A stretch of 63,148 bases of DNA, counting the filler, from Reticulomyxa filosa (lineage: Eukaryota; Protista; Foraminifera), in NCBI GenBank assembly GCA_000512085.1. It is 17 parts of 17 records of this genome, joined end to end, with 100 filler letters (N's around TTAATTAATTAA, not from the genome) between each part and the next. Parts side by side here need not be neighbours in the genome. Positions count along the whole stretch, not along the records: positions 50,174 to 54,953 come from ASPP01014884.1; positions 55,054 to 56,758 come from ASPP01018833.1; positions 56,859 to 57,901 come from ASPP01019345.1; positions 58,002 to 60,475 come from ASPP01006589.1; positions 60,576 to 63,148 come from ASPP01031038.1; 12 more parts are not named here. The stretch is one strand, 5' to 3'. The translations under genes were made by a program, and so were the position numbers. The notes under the pieces were generated by a model. The model saw only the letters and a program-made list of their open reading frames with translations. It did no database searches and was not told where the DNA came from. Each line of letters begins with the position of its first letter. The stretch's first letter is position 1. This document shows, piece after piece, positions 52,768 through 63,148 of the stretch.

Positions 52768-54953
52768 ATGAACGAGAGTAAATTGAGAACAAGCAATGGC
52801 AACGAAAAAGAAAAGGCGAACATGCTTGCGAGCGAGCATCGAATGCGGCCGTTGAAAATAATGCCTCATCAGACAACAAATTCATATATGACAGCCACCG
52901 AAAGGGTGGACGTTCCAGTAGAAAGTTCAAAAAAAGGGGCAACGGAAAACGACAAGACAGACCTTTCTGCAAATGATGACGGAGTTGCGATTGACATCAA
53001 GTGTGTAGAATGGAAAGAATTTGAGACGTATTTGTCTGTCACCGTTAGTAAAGGTGAGGAGAGAGGAGAAATTTTTTTTTTTTTGTGTTTGGCATGTTCA
53101 AGCGTTTTTCATAAATGTAATACGTAATTTTTTTAAAAATTTTTTATTTTAATTTGGGATTATTTGAATGATATTGCTGAATGTTGATCTGTAAATGTCC
53201 CTTGAGAAAATCAGGTACGCATTTTGAAGCCCGAATGAAGTCATTGCAAGAGTATTGCACGCCGGTGGACGACTGCTTTATCCTGTGGATTGACATACCG
53301 AATCATTGGACTAAAAGCTTGAGATTCATAATATCGCGAGGTGGATGGTTTACCAATTGCACCAGCGAAGAGCGAATGATGGGTTTCAAGTCACAGCCAA
53401 GCCAACTGCTGTATTACTACATACGTTTCTATGAAGAGCACGATACAGTGACACCTTTGCTGTCATTGCGCACCGATTTGGATGGAAGAGTAGGCGAGTT
53501 GGTGTGGTTGCAAAAGGGGACATATTGCTCCGGCACGACCATGTTGCAACTGTTTCAATTATTGGATCAAGCCATTGGAGTAGCATTACTTTATTTGCAT
53601 GACGATGCAAAACTTACAGTTTTGCATATATTGAGTCATCTTTCCTTTGTCCTTTTTCATATAAACACTAGCAATAATAATAATAATAATAAATAATAAC
53701 AAATGTAGTTTTCAGGTAATAAAAGTCGTGGCACAAGCAAAATTCATTTGAAACAGATTCGCAGTATCGCCTTAGGTCAATCATGGTATGAAGCCATTGG
53801 CTTTCTCCCAGCTAATTGCGAGCACTGGCCGTTGGATGACCGCAACGCAACTTCCACAATGATTACAACAGAGGGACAGGACACGGCTAAGAGAATGACG
53901 TTCCACCAAGAAGCGCAAAAGTATTACAATGCCATTCGATTGATTCAAATGATGAATTTGGAGCAATTTCGCCTGATGCTGGAAATGAACTCCACCAAAG
54001 TCGCTGCTAAGCGACTAAAAAAGTTTGATCAGTTGCTCCAAGACTTTACCGAAAGTGATCCATTTCCAAGTATTTTTGAGGCCCAATTTGGACGCCGATC
54101 AAAATGCGTTGCTTCCCCAGTGGGATGATTTTTTCACAGTTGACGATTGTCCTAGTGATAATAACGTCGATGAATCCATTAAAGCAGTTTTGTTTTTTTT
54201 TTTTTTATTTATCCCAATTTGAAATAAACAAATACATATTTCATGTTTTATATAAATATATATATATATATATGTATGTGTGTGTATAAATATGATAAAA
54301 ATATATTTTTTATTTTTTTTGTTTTTATATTATATGTAAAAATTATGTTGATAAAAATAATAAAAATAAAAGTGCTTATTTGAAACTTCGCCAATGATAA
54401 CCCGTTCCAAAGCTCGACAACAAGCGAATAAGCGCAGAGAAAATAAACGTAATACTTCAATAGACTGGCCAAAGCGATGGAGGCGTGGAAGACTGTTTAT
54501 TCGATTACATGATCACTTGCACAGGAACAACAATCGCACAGGCGCTCATCCTCAGCGCCTTCCGGTCCCGGACGACTGTATCGTCGAGGTGTGTCCGGAT
54601 AGCACAGATAAGGACGAGGAGAAGGCGCGTTTGGTTTGCTATTTGAAGACCATTCGGACCATGGGCCAGTTGGTCCGGATTGTCTACAATGAAAGTAAAA
54701 ACACAGAATTCAAACAGCATCCAACGTTGTGTCGACAAACCAAAGAACGCCTGATTGCATTGTACTCGGTCTGCTTATTGTCGCATTCCAAGCAAGAGCA
54801 AGAACAAGCACAAGAGCAAATACAACTGAGTCCCCAATATCAACAATATGAAGATGCGTTGGATACCATTGAGTCCACCAAAGTCTTTATGAAAATCAAC
54901 CATTGGAGATTTATTCAATATTTAGAACACCGGTTTTGGTTTTTTTTTTTTTT
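52768..54953 (+). CDS. Hypothetical protein with GNAT-like central region (spliced, 3' partial)
   Basis: Four or more co-oriented exons; central GELVWLQKG..SGT.ML.L......GV..LYLHDDAKL...IHL..IRSIA.GQSWYEAIGF. Confidence 0.55.
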
Positions 54954-57607
54954 NNNNNNNNNNNNNNNNNNNNNNNNNNNNNNNNNNNNNNNNNNNNTTA
55001 ATTAATTAANNNNNNNNNNNNNNNNNNNNNNNNNNNNNNNNNNNNNNNNNNNNAAGTTTTCTAAATTGATGTAGAATTCCATAACATTAATAAGGCAGTC
55101 GGCTTTTGATTTAAGGTATTCTCATAATTTTTTTGAAAAATTGAAATATTTAAACTATTTCTAAGACAAAATTAATACAAGTCGATCAAAATAAAAAGTA
55201 AAATCAGTTTGCATAGTTTCTATTTACTTATGCAATTCGTCATGACATATTCTATATTTGGTACTGTATTTAATTAATAATCTTTAATAAAAAATCAAAA
55301 AAAAAATTTAAATTGGACGGCGCCGCCTAATTTAAAGTTTTCTTTTTGTTTTGTCTTTTTTGACATATTTTTTTGCTAAACAAGTTTTAAAAACATTTAA
55401 ACTTGTGGACTATAGAAGAACGCGCTCCATTATGTTGATATACAATTGTTGATTCAATTTATGTGCATTACGACGTGTATTATCCATTGATTAAACTTTT
55501 AAATAAACTAAGCGCTGTTATCCTGTATTTAAGTAACCTACGAAAAAATTATAAACTGAAGTAGTCTTTTTATCTTGAACGGGTGCACTTTGCCTAAAGA
55601 TCATAAAACGTAATATTCATTAGTAAGTGCAGTTTTTTATTCATCCTTTTTGTTTTGTAATAAAATATTATACACATTGCCATCAAAATTTATTAAAAAA
55701 AGAAAATATACAGCCGAATTATAAGTTCATTTTTCCGAAATGAAACCTTAAAATTTAAAAAAAAGCAAAGGAAGGAAAAACCAAAAAAGAAAGTGTTGAA
55801 TAAGGCGACGCCTCATGTTCGTATCCAAGTGACGTTGAATTATTAGGATACTGTAGTGAAACTTGTGAATAACAACAATAAAGACAGCAATGAAATCACT
55901 TTGTTGTCTTTTGGTGGAAAAAGAAACACACATTGCTTATGTGTGTATCAATGATGCCATCTGGTTCTTTGGTGGAAGGAATGAAGAAGAAATAGTTTGA
56001 AAATGGAAGCAGAAGAGGAGAAGAAAAATGAACTGAACAAAACAGTAAAAACACAGAAGAACAAACAACAAACACAAAAAGCGTTAACATTGACTGACAA
56101 GATTATTTCCCCAAATGCTTCACGCTCAATCTTCCATATCTTTCTTTAAATCGAAGAACAGTTTACAAAACCAAATCACCTTCAGGAATATCGGTATGTC
56201 AAATTTGAAAATAGTGATACAATAAAGTCTCATAGAGAAACAGTATGTACAAGTATTTCCTTGAAGAAAAGAAAAAAAGAAATAATCATGCTTGTCAATA
56301 CTTTTTTTGCAATATTTAAATGTCTTTCCATTCCAAAACCGTCAAAAACAACAGAAACAAATAACTACAACGGTTTAATTGAATGTTTTTTTTCATAAAA
56401 CTCTAGACAAAAATAATTTTTTTAGTTTTTTTGTTCCAGTTTTCTTTGGTTGATCAAATTGTTTTAATTCAAACCTTTTCATTTTTTCTTCTTTTTAAGA
56501 AAGCAGAATTGTATAAATTGTTGGAAATTTTTTGTCTAAATAATATAGTTTCCACGTCACTGAGCATAAAAAACTCTAAAAAGTTCCTTTAGCTTTATTT
56601 CTTTGCATATGTTTCATAAAAAAAGTCGATTTAATGCGTTTTTGTATGAGCCAACACTCATATATATCTAAATAAAAAGCTACTGTAAAAAAAAAATTAA
56701 ATAATTTCTGATAGCTGCCAAAAGCAAAGACTAAATATTTAAAAAAATAAAAAAATGCNNNNNNNNNNNNNNNNNNNNNNNNNNNNNNNNNNNNNNNNNN
56801 NNTTAATTAATTAANNNNNNNNNNNNNNNNNNNNNNNNNNNNNNNNNNNNNNNNNNNNGTATTTCAATAATATTATCAAAATTTGTATTAAATGTTAATT
56901 CAAGTAAATCAAACCACAACAGATAAGATGGTAAATGAACATATGGCATAATTCATTTTTACAAGCAAACAAATTATTAAATCTTTTAAATGAATTTGCA
57001 TCATTTGTTTTAGAATAATAGCTGTAAACATGTTCAAATTTTTCAAAAGAAAACTATGTTCGATTTAAAAGAAGATAGAGAATCTTTCTTTTTTTTTTTG
57101 GGAAATATCATCCCATCTTCGCGCAAAGGTCTTTTAAAGAGAATTTTCAATTTGCAATAGACTCTGAAAAAATGGATACATTTTATTGTCATGCACACTA
57201 ACATATTTCTAGTTTATTGCTTTTCGAAATTATGGAAAATCAGTATTGTTTTGAACAAAACAATCAAGAGGTTATTACTTAATGCAATCAAGTTGTATTT
57301 TATTACACAGAAAAAAAAGATTAAAATCAAAACAAAAAATTGTATATTTTAATCATATTAATTTTGCAAAAATCCCTTCGCAATGATCTCTACTTACAAA
57401 TTGTTGCATCCCAAGAGTTGTGCTATCATTTAAAGAAACATCAATCCACACCTTGTGCATTAAATATCTTTTACGATAAAATAATTTGAAAAAGAAGTAT
57501 ACAAATTTGCTCAACACAACTAGCGTTGGTAAACTTTAGTACAAGCTTTCAGAAAATCTGTTGCTTTTTTAATGTTTTGTTTATAGTATGTAAATTGTGA
57601 TTTAACC

Positions 57608-57901
57608 AGTCTGAAGAAGAAAAGATTCAAGTAATCATACAACACTGGATTCGAGTATTGAAAATCAAATTAGGATGGATTCATGAATTTGACAAACTTG
57701 TTGTCAATTATGTTAGTTCATTTATTCTTCATTTTTTTAAAAAATATCAAAATATTCAAATGTTTATTCAACATAGGCATCTCGTGTCTTCATATTTGAG
57801 ACATTTTGTTCATCATCCAAATTAATCAATACATTCACTGAACATATAAGAGCTTTGTGTAATATTGATTATTCAACATTTGATGATTGTCAATTCATTT
57901 G
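57608..57901 (+). pseudogene. WD40 family 5' part (possibly degenerate)
   Basis: SEEEKIQVIIQHWIRVLKIKLGWIHEFDKLVVNY, intron, then FCSSSKLINTFTEH...IDYSTFDDCQFI. Confidence 0.75.
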
Positions 57902-58019
57902 NNNNNNNNNNNNNNNNNNNNNNNNNNNNNNNNNNNNNNNNNNNNTTAATTAATTAANNNNNNNNNNNNNNNNNNNNNNNNNNNNNNNNNNNNNNNNNNN
58001 NTTTTTAAAAAAAAAAGGA

Positions 58020-58836
58020 TTGTTCGAAATAATATTAAAAAAGGTGATGAAAAAAAATGAAGAAGAAGAAGATGATGATGATGACGACGATGATGATAAC
58101 AATAACAATAACAATAACAATAACAATAACAATAACAATAACAATAACAATAACAATAACAATAACAATAACAATAACAATAACAATGGTAACAAGAACA
58201 ATGGTAACAATAATGGCAATGATGTATTTGCAAGTGCTATCCAAGAGTTGAGATCCAAAACACAAACAACAAATGAAAGAGAAAATGCTCCGCAACAACC
58301 GCCGAAACCATGGCAACAGGTATACTTTGAAAGACTGACCGAAATATATAAAACACATGCACCGGACAAATTGGAAGGAGTCAGAGGCTGGGTCAATCAG
58401 TACAGCAAGGCTCCTGCTAAAATGCACGAGTTGTACTTAAAAATATGCCACAAGTACAACATACAACCACAGCCCCCTGCTGTGCCTCAATCTAACACTC
58501 AGCTTACTGCAGCTCAACAAACTAGTTGGAATGCCACCATGGTCACTTCATTCTCAAGTTAATCCATTTTATTTGTTTTCAAATTGTTCAAATTAAAAAA
58601 AAATAAAATTTGAACACACTAATCCAATAGACTTGGAGAGTGGCAATGATAAAAATCAATCATTGGGGTGGAACTCTTTTCTCGCAAATGCTAATGAGCG
58701 CACCAAAGTCAACCTTCCAGTTTTCCCAGATAGCTCAAATACAAACGACACAAAGAAAAGAAGCCTAGAACACGCGAACGAAGGTATATTTGACCGACCG
58801 GCCACGAAAAGGAGGCATAATAACTCTTCAACGTAA
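58020..58836 (+). CDS. Poly-Asn protein with small helical domain (5' partial)
   Basis: ERLTEIYKTHAPDKLEGV..WVNQY....MHELYLKICHKY resembles the RL..(F/I)Y..H.P.KL..V module common in SAR protists; second exon ends with an NLS-like PATKRR. Confidence 0.6.
58098..58187 (+). repeat. (AACAAT)n coding microsatellite (poly-Asn)
   Basis: About 15 perfect hexamer units directly visible. Confidence 0.95.
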
Positions 58837-59411
58837 CCTGCCAACTATTGTTCTTATAATCGTGTTTTCCATGCTGACACGCTCACTCTTTTTATAATTC
58901 GAGGTCCTATCGTTAATGTGCTTCACAACTCCTTTCCTTGTTAGATCATACTCAAATTTAATTCAAATTTTAATCAAGCTATCGAATATTTATGAACATC
59001 ACACGAACAGCTCTTTTACATAAAACTAAATTTTTAATCCTCCTATGGAAAATTTATTTAAATTATTAGTATTCACAATGAGTTGTTGTGATTTTCTGAT
59101 CTTTGAGATTGACCAATACACTGCAATACTTCATAAAAGAAAGTATATATGATTAAAAAACGCAAACTATCTTGTAAAGTGATTAATTTTACTTCATTTA
59201 AAAAAAAAATTAGTAATATCAAATTTTACATAATGTATTAAAAATTCACAAAACACATTATCTTTTACGTAATGCAATTATTAAGACATCGCGGAAAACT
59301 TTTGATTGATTTTAAAAATAGATTTGTTTGCTGGGTGCGAAAGTGGACCTGAATTTCAGAACCATAACAAAAAAGCTTTAATTTGTATCAAATAAAATAT
59401 CTCTAAGCGCA

Positions 59412-60415
59412 ATGTCAGCAAGCACGGTAGCGTTACAACCGGATTCAATTCAAAAATGCCAAGATGAGAAATCATTTCAAGAAGGATATAATCTTGTTCA
59501 GGTTTTTCAACAAAACACACTGTTATACGCGGACGCAAGGAAGGAAAGAGTGAAATATTTATTTTGCCTTTGCGAACGAATTACTTGGTGTTTGCAATAA
59601 AACAAAAAAAAGGGCAATCTAAGCTATAGCAAAAATTTATGGGATACAAATGGCATGCGTGCCATCACAGAAAGAATAGAAGAGAGTAAAAAGGGGATGA
59701 AATACATCCAATCATTTTTCCAAGCTAAGTTCATCAACCAAACGAAAGAAAAAAAAAGGAGGGGGGGGGGGGAGCAGGGTAGGCGCAAAAAGGATCTTGA
59801 TTTTCTAAGGTAAAATTAAGCCAAAAATAAAAATAAAACGAACAGGAATCATCAAAGAATTCCTTCAACACAGCCCAAGTAATGACAAAATTATCCGCGG
59901 TTGATTGTTCCAAGCATGAACTTGGATCGTTGAGATCGTCATTAAGTCGTTTCATGGAACTTGTAGGTAAAACGTTAACAAAAGTCACAACAACAAAAAA
60001 ATATGTATATATATATATATATGCATATATAAATAACATATGCATATTGTATGTATATACACCACATTCACAAACTATGCAATAATGCGCTTATTATTGT
60101 AACAAACCTTTGGAACTGCAAATGACAATGGAAATAGAAACGATGGCAACGAACGAGGAAATACTAGGGAAAAAAATCCGCGATAACTGTCAGTACAAGC
60201 TGATGGAGCAGATGAAGCGATTTGAAAAAGCGAACACCAAGCTGTTGACCGAACTGAATAATTTGCATAAGCAATTTCAACGAGAAAGCAAGATGTTGAG
60301 TAAAGCGCACCAAAACTATGAGGAGAAGAAAAAGCTAGCTATTGCCGCCGAACAGACCTTTCAAATCGAAAACCAAAGATTGAAAGAAGCAACAGAGAAG
60401 CAGCTCCTTACCAAA
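59412..60415 (+). CDS. F-BAR (FCH) domain protein (3' partial, spliced)
   Basis: Exon LSYSKNLWDTNGMRAITERIEESKKGMKYIQSFFQA matches the FCH start; followed by HELGSLRSSL and coiled-coil exons. Confidence 0.7.
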
Positions 60416-60575
60416 GTTTTGTCTCTTTTTTTTTTTTTGAAAAGGGGGTGGGGAAGGCAAAAAAAAAAAAAAAAANNNNNNNNNNNNNNNNNNNNNNNNN
60501 NNNNNNNNNNNNNNNNNNNTTAATTAATTAANNNNNNNNNNNNNNNNNNNNNNNNNNNNNNNNNNNNNNNNNNNN

Positions 60576-60636
60576 GTCTATAGGCGACGCTCTTCTCGGC
60601 CCTCGGGTCGCACAGGATGCCGAGTATGTGTGTCAT
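60576..60636 (-). CDS. Start of a bacterial gene, possibly NusG/RfaH-like (3' partial)
   Basis: SD GGGGAG, then MTHILGILCDPRAEKSVAYR, resembling the beta1-alpha1 start of NGN domains; only 20 codons are visible. Confidence 0.3.
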
Positions 60637-60790
60637 GTGGTCTCCCCGGGTTCGATGGCGCACAACTTAGCGGAAGCTCCACGGGAAGCGCAAATGTACG
60701 GAGGTCCCGATGAACGACCCCAAGGGATCGGTAAACTGCGGGTGTCTTGGGCGAACGCGACCGATCGCAGCGTCGCCGACTCTCAAGTCG

Positions 60791-61351
60791 TCAGGGGTTT
60801 ATCTCGGTTAAGAAATCAAAGATCGATAACTGCAAGTCGATGAGCTTTGCCTCAAGCTGCATCATCTCAAGTGTGCCGTACATGTACTTCGGAACTCCGT
60901 TCGCATTGTAGCGCTTCATCACGTGATAGGCAGGAATGACTGCGTACTGGACAAGATAAATCTGCCCTGCTTGAGCGTTGCCGGAACAAGGTGAGTCCGC
61001 TCACTTGGTGCACGATTCCATGTGCGATTTCATTGCGGCGATCTGAAAAGCCAACGTACTCCCGCATGAACTTGTTGAAGCGACCTTCATGCGACTGTCT
61101 AGGCTTTCTAACGAACCACTTCTCCGCAGAACCGCGGATGAGTTTGTCTCGATCAACCACGGTTCGGCCAGCGCCATACTCCCGCAATGCATCGCTGCCG
61201 TCTGGATCTCCGGCGAACACGCTATGAAGGCGTGCCATCGTGAACTCAATGTGTTCCCAGCGATTTATAATGCGCCCAACCCATTCGTATGTGACCTTGT
61301 CGTCAAGATCGGCGTCGCGCGGTATTGGTAGCGGGTCCCAGGATTGCCCAT
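60791..61351 (-). CDS. HEPN-like protein 3 (two frameshifts)
   Basis: SD GGAGAAGG before ATG 61351. Adding 1 nt at 61341..61342 and removing 1 nt at 60958..60960 gives MGNPWDPLPIPRDADLDDKVTYEWVGRIINRWEHIEF...DRRNEIAHGIV...YAVIPAYH.MKRY...PKYMYG...EINP*, with R-x4-H (RNEIAH). Confidence 0.7.
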
Positions 61352-61460
61352 GCCCTTCTCCACGAAGTTCGCTGTCCTAAAGACGGGTTCCACCTGATGT
61401 CCGTCGGCGCACGACCTGTTGGATTGGATATCCGAGGTCGAGCGTGCGGGCGATCTCCGC

Positions 61461-62238
61461 CTAGTACTTTCTTGGCTTGGCGACGTTCTGTGGGTTGGGA
61501 ACACGGACCATCGGCGCCATCTGCCACGAGCCGCCACTATCCAGATTCTGCTTCAGGCTGTCATACACTCTGCGGCCCACGCTATTCATACGCTCACCCA
61601 CTCGGGTCCGCAGGTCGTCAATCATCTCAATGGCTGCTTGCAGAGCGGCATCAGGAATCCCGACTGCCACCAGGCTCACGAATCCGAGGCCAAGCGGTCC
61701 CGCTCTTCTCTGACCCGCTGCATTCAGGACGATCATTCCAATCGGGTTGCAGTATTCGTACTCATTGACTGAGTGAGCCCACATGCTTCTGACGCAAGGC
61801 ATAAATATGATCATGCAACTGTCTCGTTTGATCGGACCAGTGGGAGAATTCATCCGGCCGTAGCTTAATGCGGCGGCGCCCCATGTCGAAGGCCCGGGCA
61901 TACGATATTAGACCGGCGTTCACGAACGCTCTGTATACTTGCTTTATCCGCCTGATTTCAGTTCCTTCGTCTTCCGTCTTTTCGTCTCCGGTGGTCGCTG
62001 GGATCTCGGCACCGAGATTCTGCGCACGCGAGAAACAAAACCTGGCGTATGTCAGATCTGCATTGATTGCGGCGCAATCGGCGTATTCTTTCGCATCATC
62101 ACTATCAAGGACGATGGGGTAGATCATTTCGCCCTTTTCGATCTGGCAGGCTTCAACCCACACCCAATTCATTTGGTGCTCAAAAGTCTCGCCGCTTTCG
62201 GTGTGGACTATAATCGTGGTTGGTGGACTGTCAGACAT
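61461..62238 (-). CDS. HEPN-like protein 2 (AbiU2-like pattern; one frameshift)
   Basis: SD GAGGAG before ATG 62238; DL.YA..C...AGLISYARAF..GRR...LHD.I..LRQKHV. Removing one base from the 3-nt run at 61778..61780 gives RQKHVAHSVNEYE (R-x5-H) and joins ORF 61461..61901. Confidence 0.7.
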
Positions 62239-62274
62239 AGCGCTTTCTCCTCAAGGCGAAGTCCTAAGGGGATC

Positions 62275-63148
62275 CTACGGCCGAACACCCGGCACGGAGC
62301 TATCGCCTACTTCCCCTACAAGAAAGATATCGATAGAAACTGCCAAATCATGAAATTTGGATGCGAGATCAGAGATTGATTTGTAGCTTGCGATCGGTTG
62401 TTGTCCTTTGGAGGATGGGAGCGCTTTTCTCTCCTTCACTTGAAATTTGTCGGACTTGAAGCTCCATTCCCCGTGAACCAGCAGATTGCGTTGATTTGCA
62501 AGATCTTGGGCGATATCAAGCTGTTTCTCGATGTCCTTTTTCCTGGTCGCAGGGAGGCTAGAGACAGCAGTCTGAGCGCGGATGAGACCAAGGCGGGCCC
62601 TGTTGTTCTGAGTCGAGAAGAACATTGCTTCGGCACGCTGCATTGACACCTCCGCGACTTTCGCGAGGAGACGAATCAATGCGTTCTCTAGCAAGTTCGC
62701 CCGAATGATTAGGATGCCAACGATCTCTACGATTTCGCGCGGATAGTCCTGCCCAAAATAGTTCACAGTATCAGCGGCCTTGGTTTTTCCCTTTAGAGGA
62801 GATCCAGGCATCCCGGGGCGCAGCCATTGATCTGGCGCCTTTGTCATTTGGGCCAGAGAACCATTCAACTGCGACGCCAAAGTCGCGCAGAGGTTTGGGC
62901 CCACCGTTGTAGTGAGATAGACCCCCAGAGGGGTGAGAAACCGAATGATGAGATGGCCGCCCGATTGATTCCCCAACATCGAAATGACCTCTGTCATGTC
63001 TGTATCGAACGGGAAGTCAGGAAGGGGATTCCCTGCAGTTTTGTGGGCCTCTACACCTCGCACCGTAAGGTCCCATCCCAGTTGAACGGCGGTTTCCTTC
63101 GAAACATCTGCGCGGCCGTAATGTTCGCCAAATTTAAAAACTAACCTA
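62275..63148 (-). CDS. HEPN-like protein 1 (5' partial)
   Basis: Frame is open from the window end (RLVFKFGEHYGRAD...). C-terminal helical domain VG.L.I....LE..L..LL...A...FF...N..ARL.LIR...L.NQRNLLVHGEW carries R-x4-H (RNLLVH). Confidence 0.7.
   Translation of the reverse strand, partial: RLVFKFGEHYGRADVSKETAVQLGWDLTVRGVEAHKTAGNPLPDFPFDTDMTEVISMLGNQSGGHLIIRFLTPLGVYLTTTVGPNLCATLASQLNGSLAQMTKAPDQWLRPGMPGSPLKGKTKAADTVNYFGQDYPREIVEIVGILIIRANLLENALIRLLAKVAEVSMQRAEAMFFSTQNNRARLGLIRAQTAVSSLPATRKKDIEKQLDIAQDLANQRNLLVHGEWSFKSDKFQVKERKALPSSKGQQPIASYKSISDLASKFHDLAVSIDIFLVGEVGDSSVPGVRP

Larger units (their letters stand above)
60576..63148. other. Bacterial contig (GC-rich, intronless), contaminant or associated bacterium
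   Basis: Abrupt change to balanced/GC-rich composition, no introns or microsatellites, closely packed co-oriented ORFs with GGAG Shine-Dalgarno motifs before ATGs at 62238, 61351 and 60636. Confidence 0.9.

Noticed and set aside
57946-58427. Poly-YC, poly-L, poly-IV and poly-IT ORFs
   Set aside because: Alternative frames of the (AACAAT)n microsatellite.
11590-60575. Regularly recurring TTAATTAATTAA motif as a biological repeat or CRISPR-like array
   Set aside because: It is always embedded in exactly 44+44 N and gives stops in all frames, so it is an artificial joining linker. Gene neighbourhoods across linkers are meaningless.
61325-62646. Plus-strand ORFs in the bacterial contig
   Set aside because: They overlap the minus-strand genes that have SD sites and conserved-looking motifs; long shadow ORFs are expected in GC-rich DNA.

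Overview
This window is not one locus. It is a concatenation of 17 short contigs joined by an artificial 100-nt linker (44 N + TTAATTAATTAA + 44 N). Contigs 1-16 (1..60475) are AT-rich eukaryotic DNA with short GT-AG introns, Asn/Thr/Gln microsatellites and many WD40 relics. The gene families look like those of a rhizarian/foraminiferan, probably Reticulomyxa filosa (recognition from memory, not a database result). Recognisable genes: tropomodulin-like LRR protein, PT-repeat surface protein, two 7TM proteins, casein kinase 1 with a long spliced coiled-coil tail, GT60 GlcNAc-transferase with Cys-rich domains, Tem1/Spg1 relic, MMADHC/CblD, XK-like protein, AlaX editing protein, XRN1, DH-PH, EML/HELP, ICMT-like, RPLP1 and F-BAR. 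Contig 1 carries a ~7.9-kb decayed CRE-clade non-LTR retrotransposon (zinc finger, RT, restriction-like endonuclease). The last contig (60576..63148) is GC-rich, intronless bacterial DNA with Shine-Dalgarno sites. After repairing three single-base homopolymer indels it encodes three consecutive, co-oriented, dissimilar HEPN-like (R-x4/5-H) proteins, followed by a possible NusG-like start. This triple-HEPN cluster is the best candidate for an undescribed (anti-phage/toxin) system. Many frameshifts in the window sit in homopolymers and may be sequencing errors.
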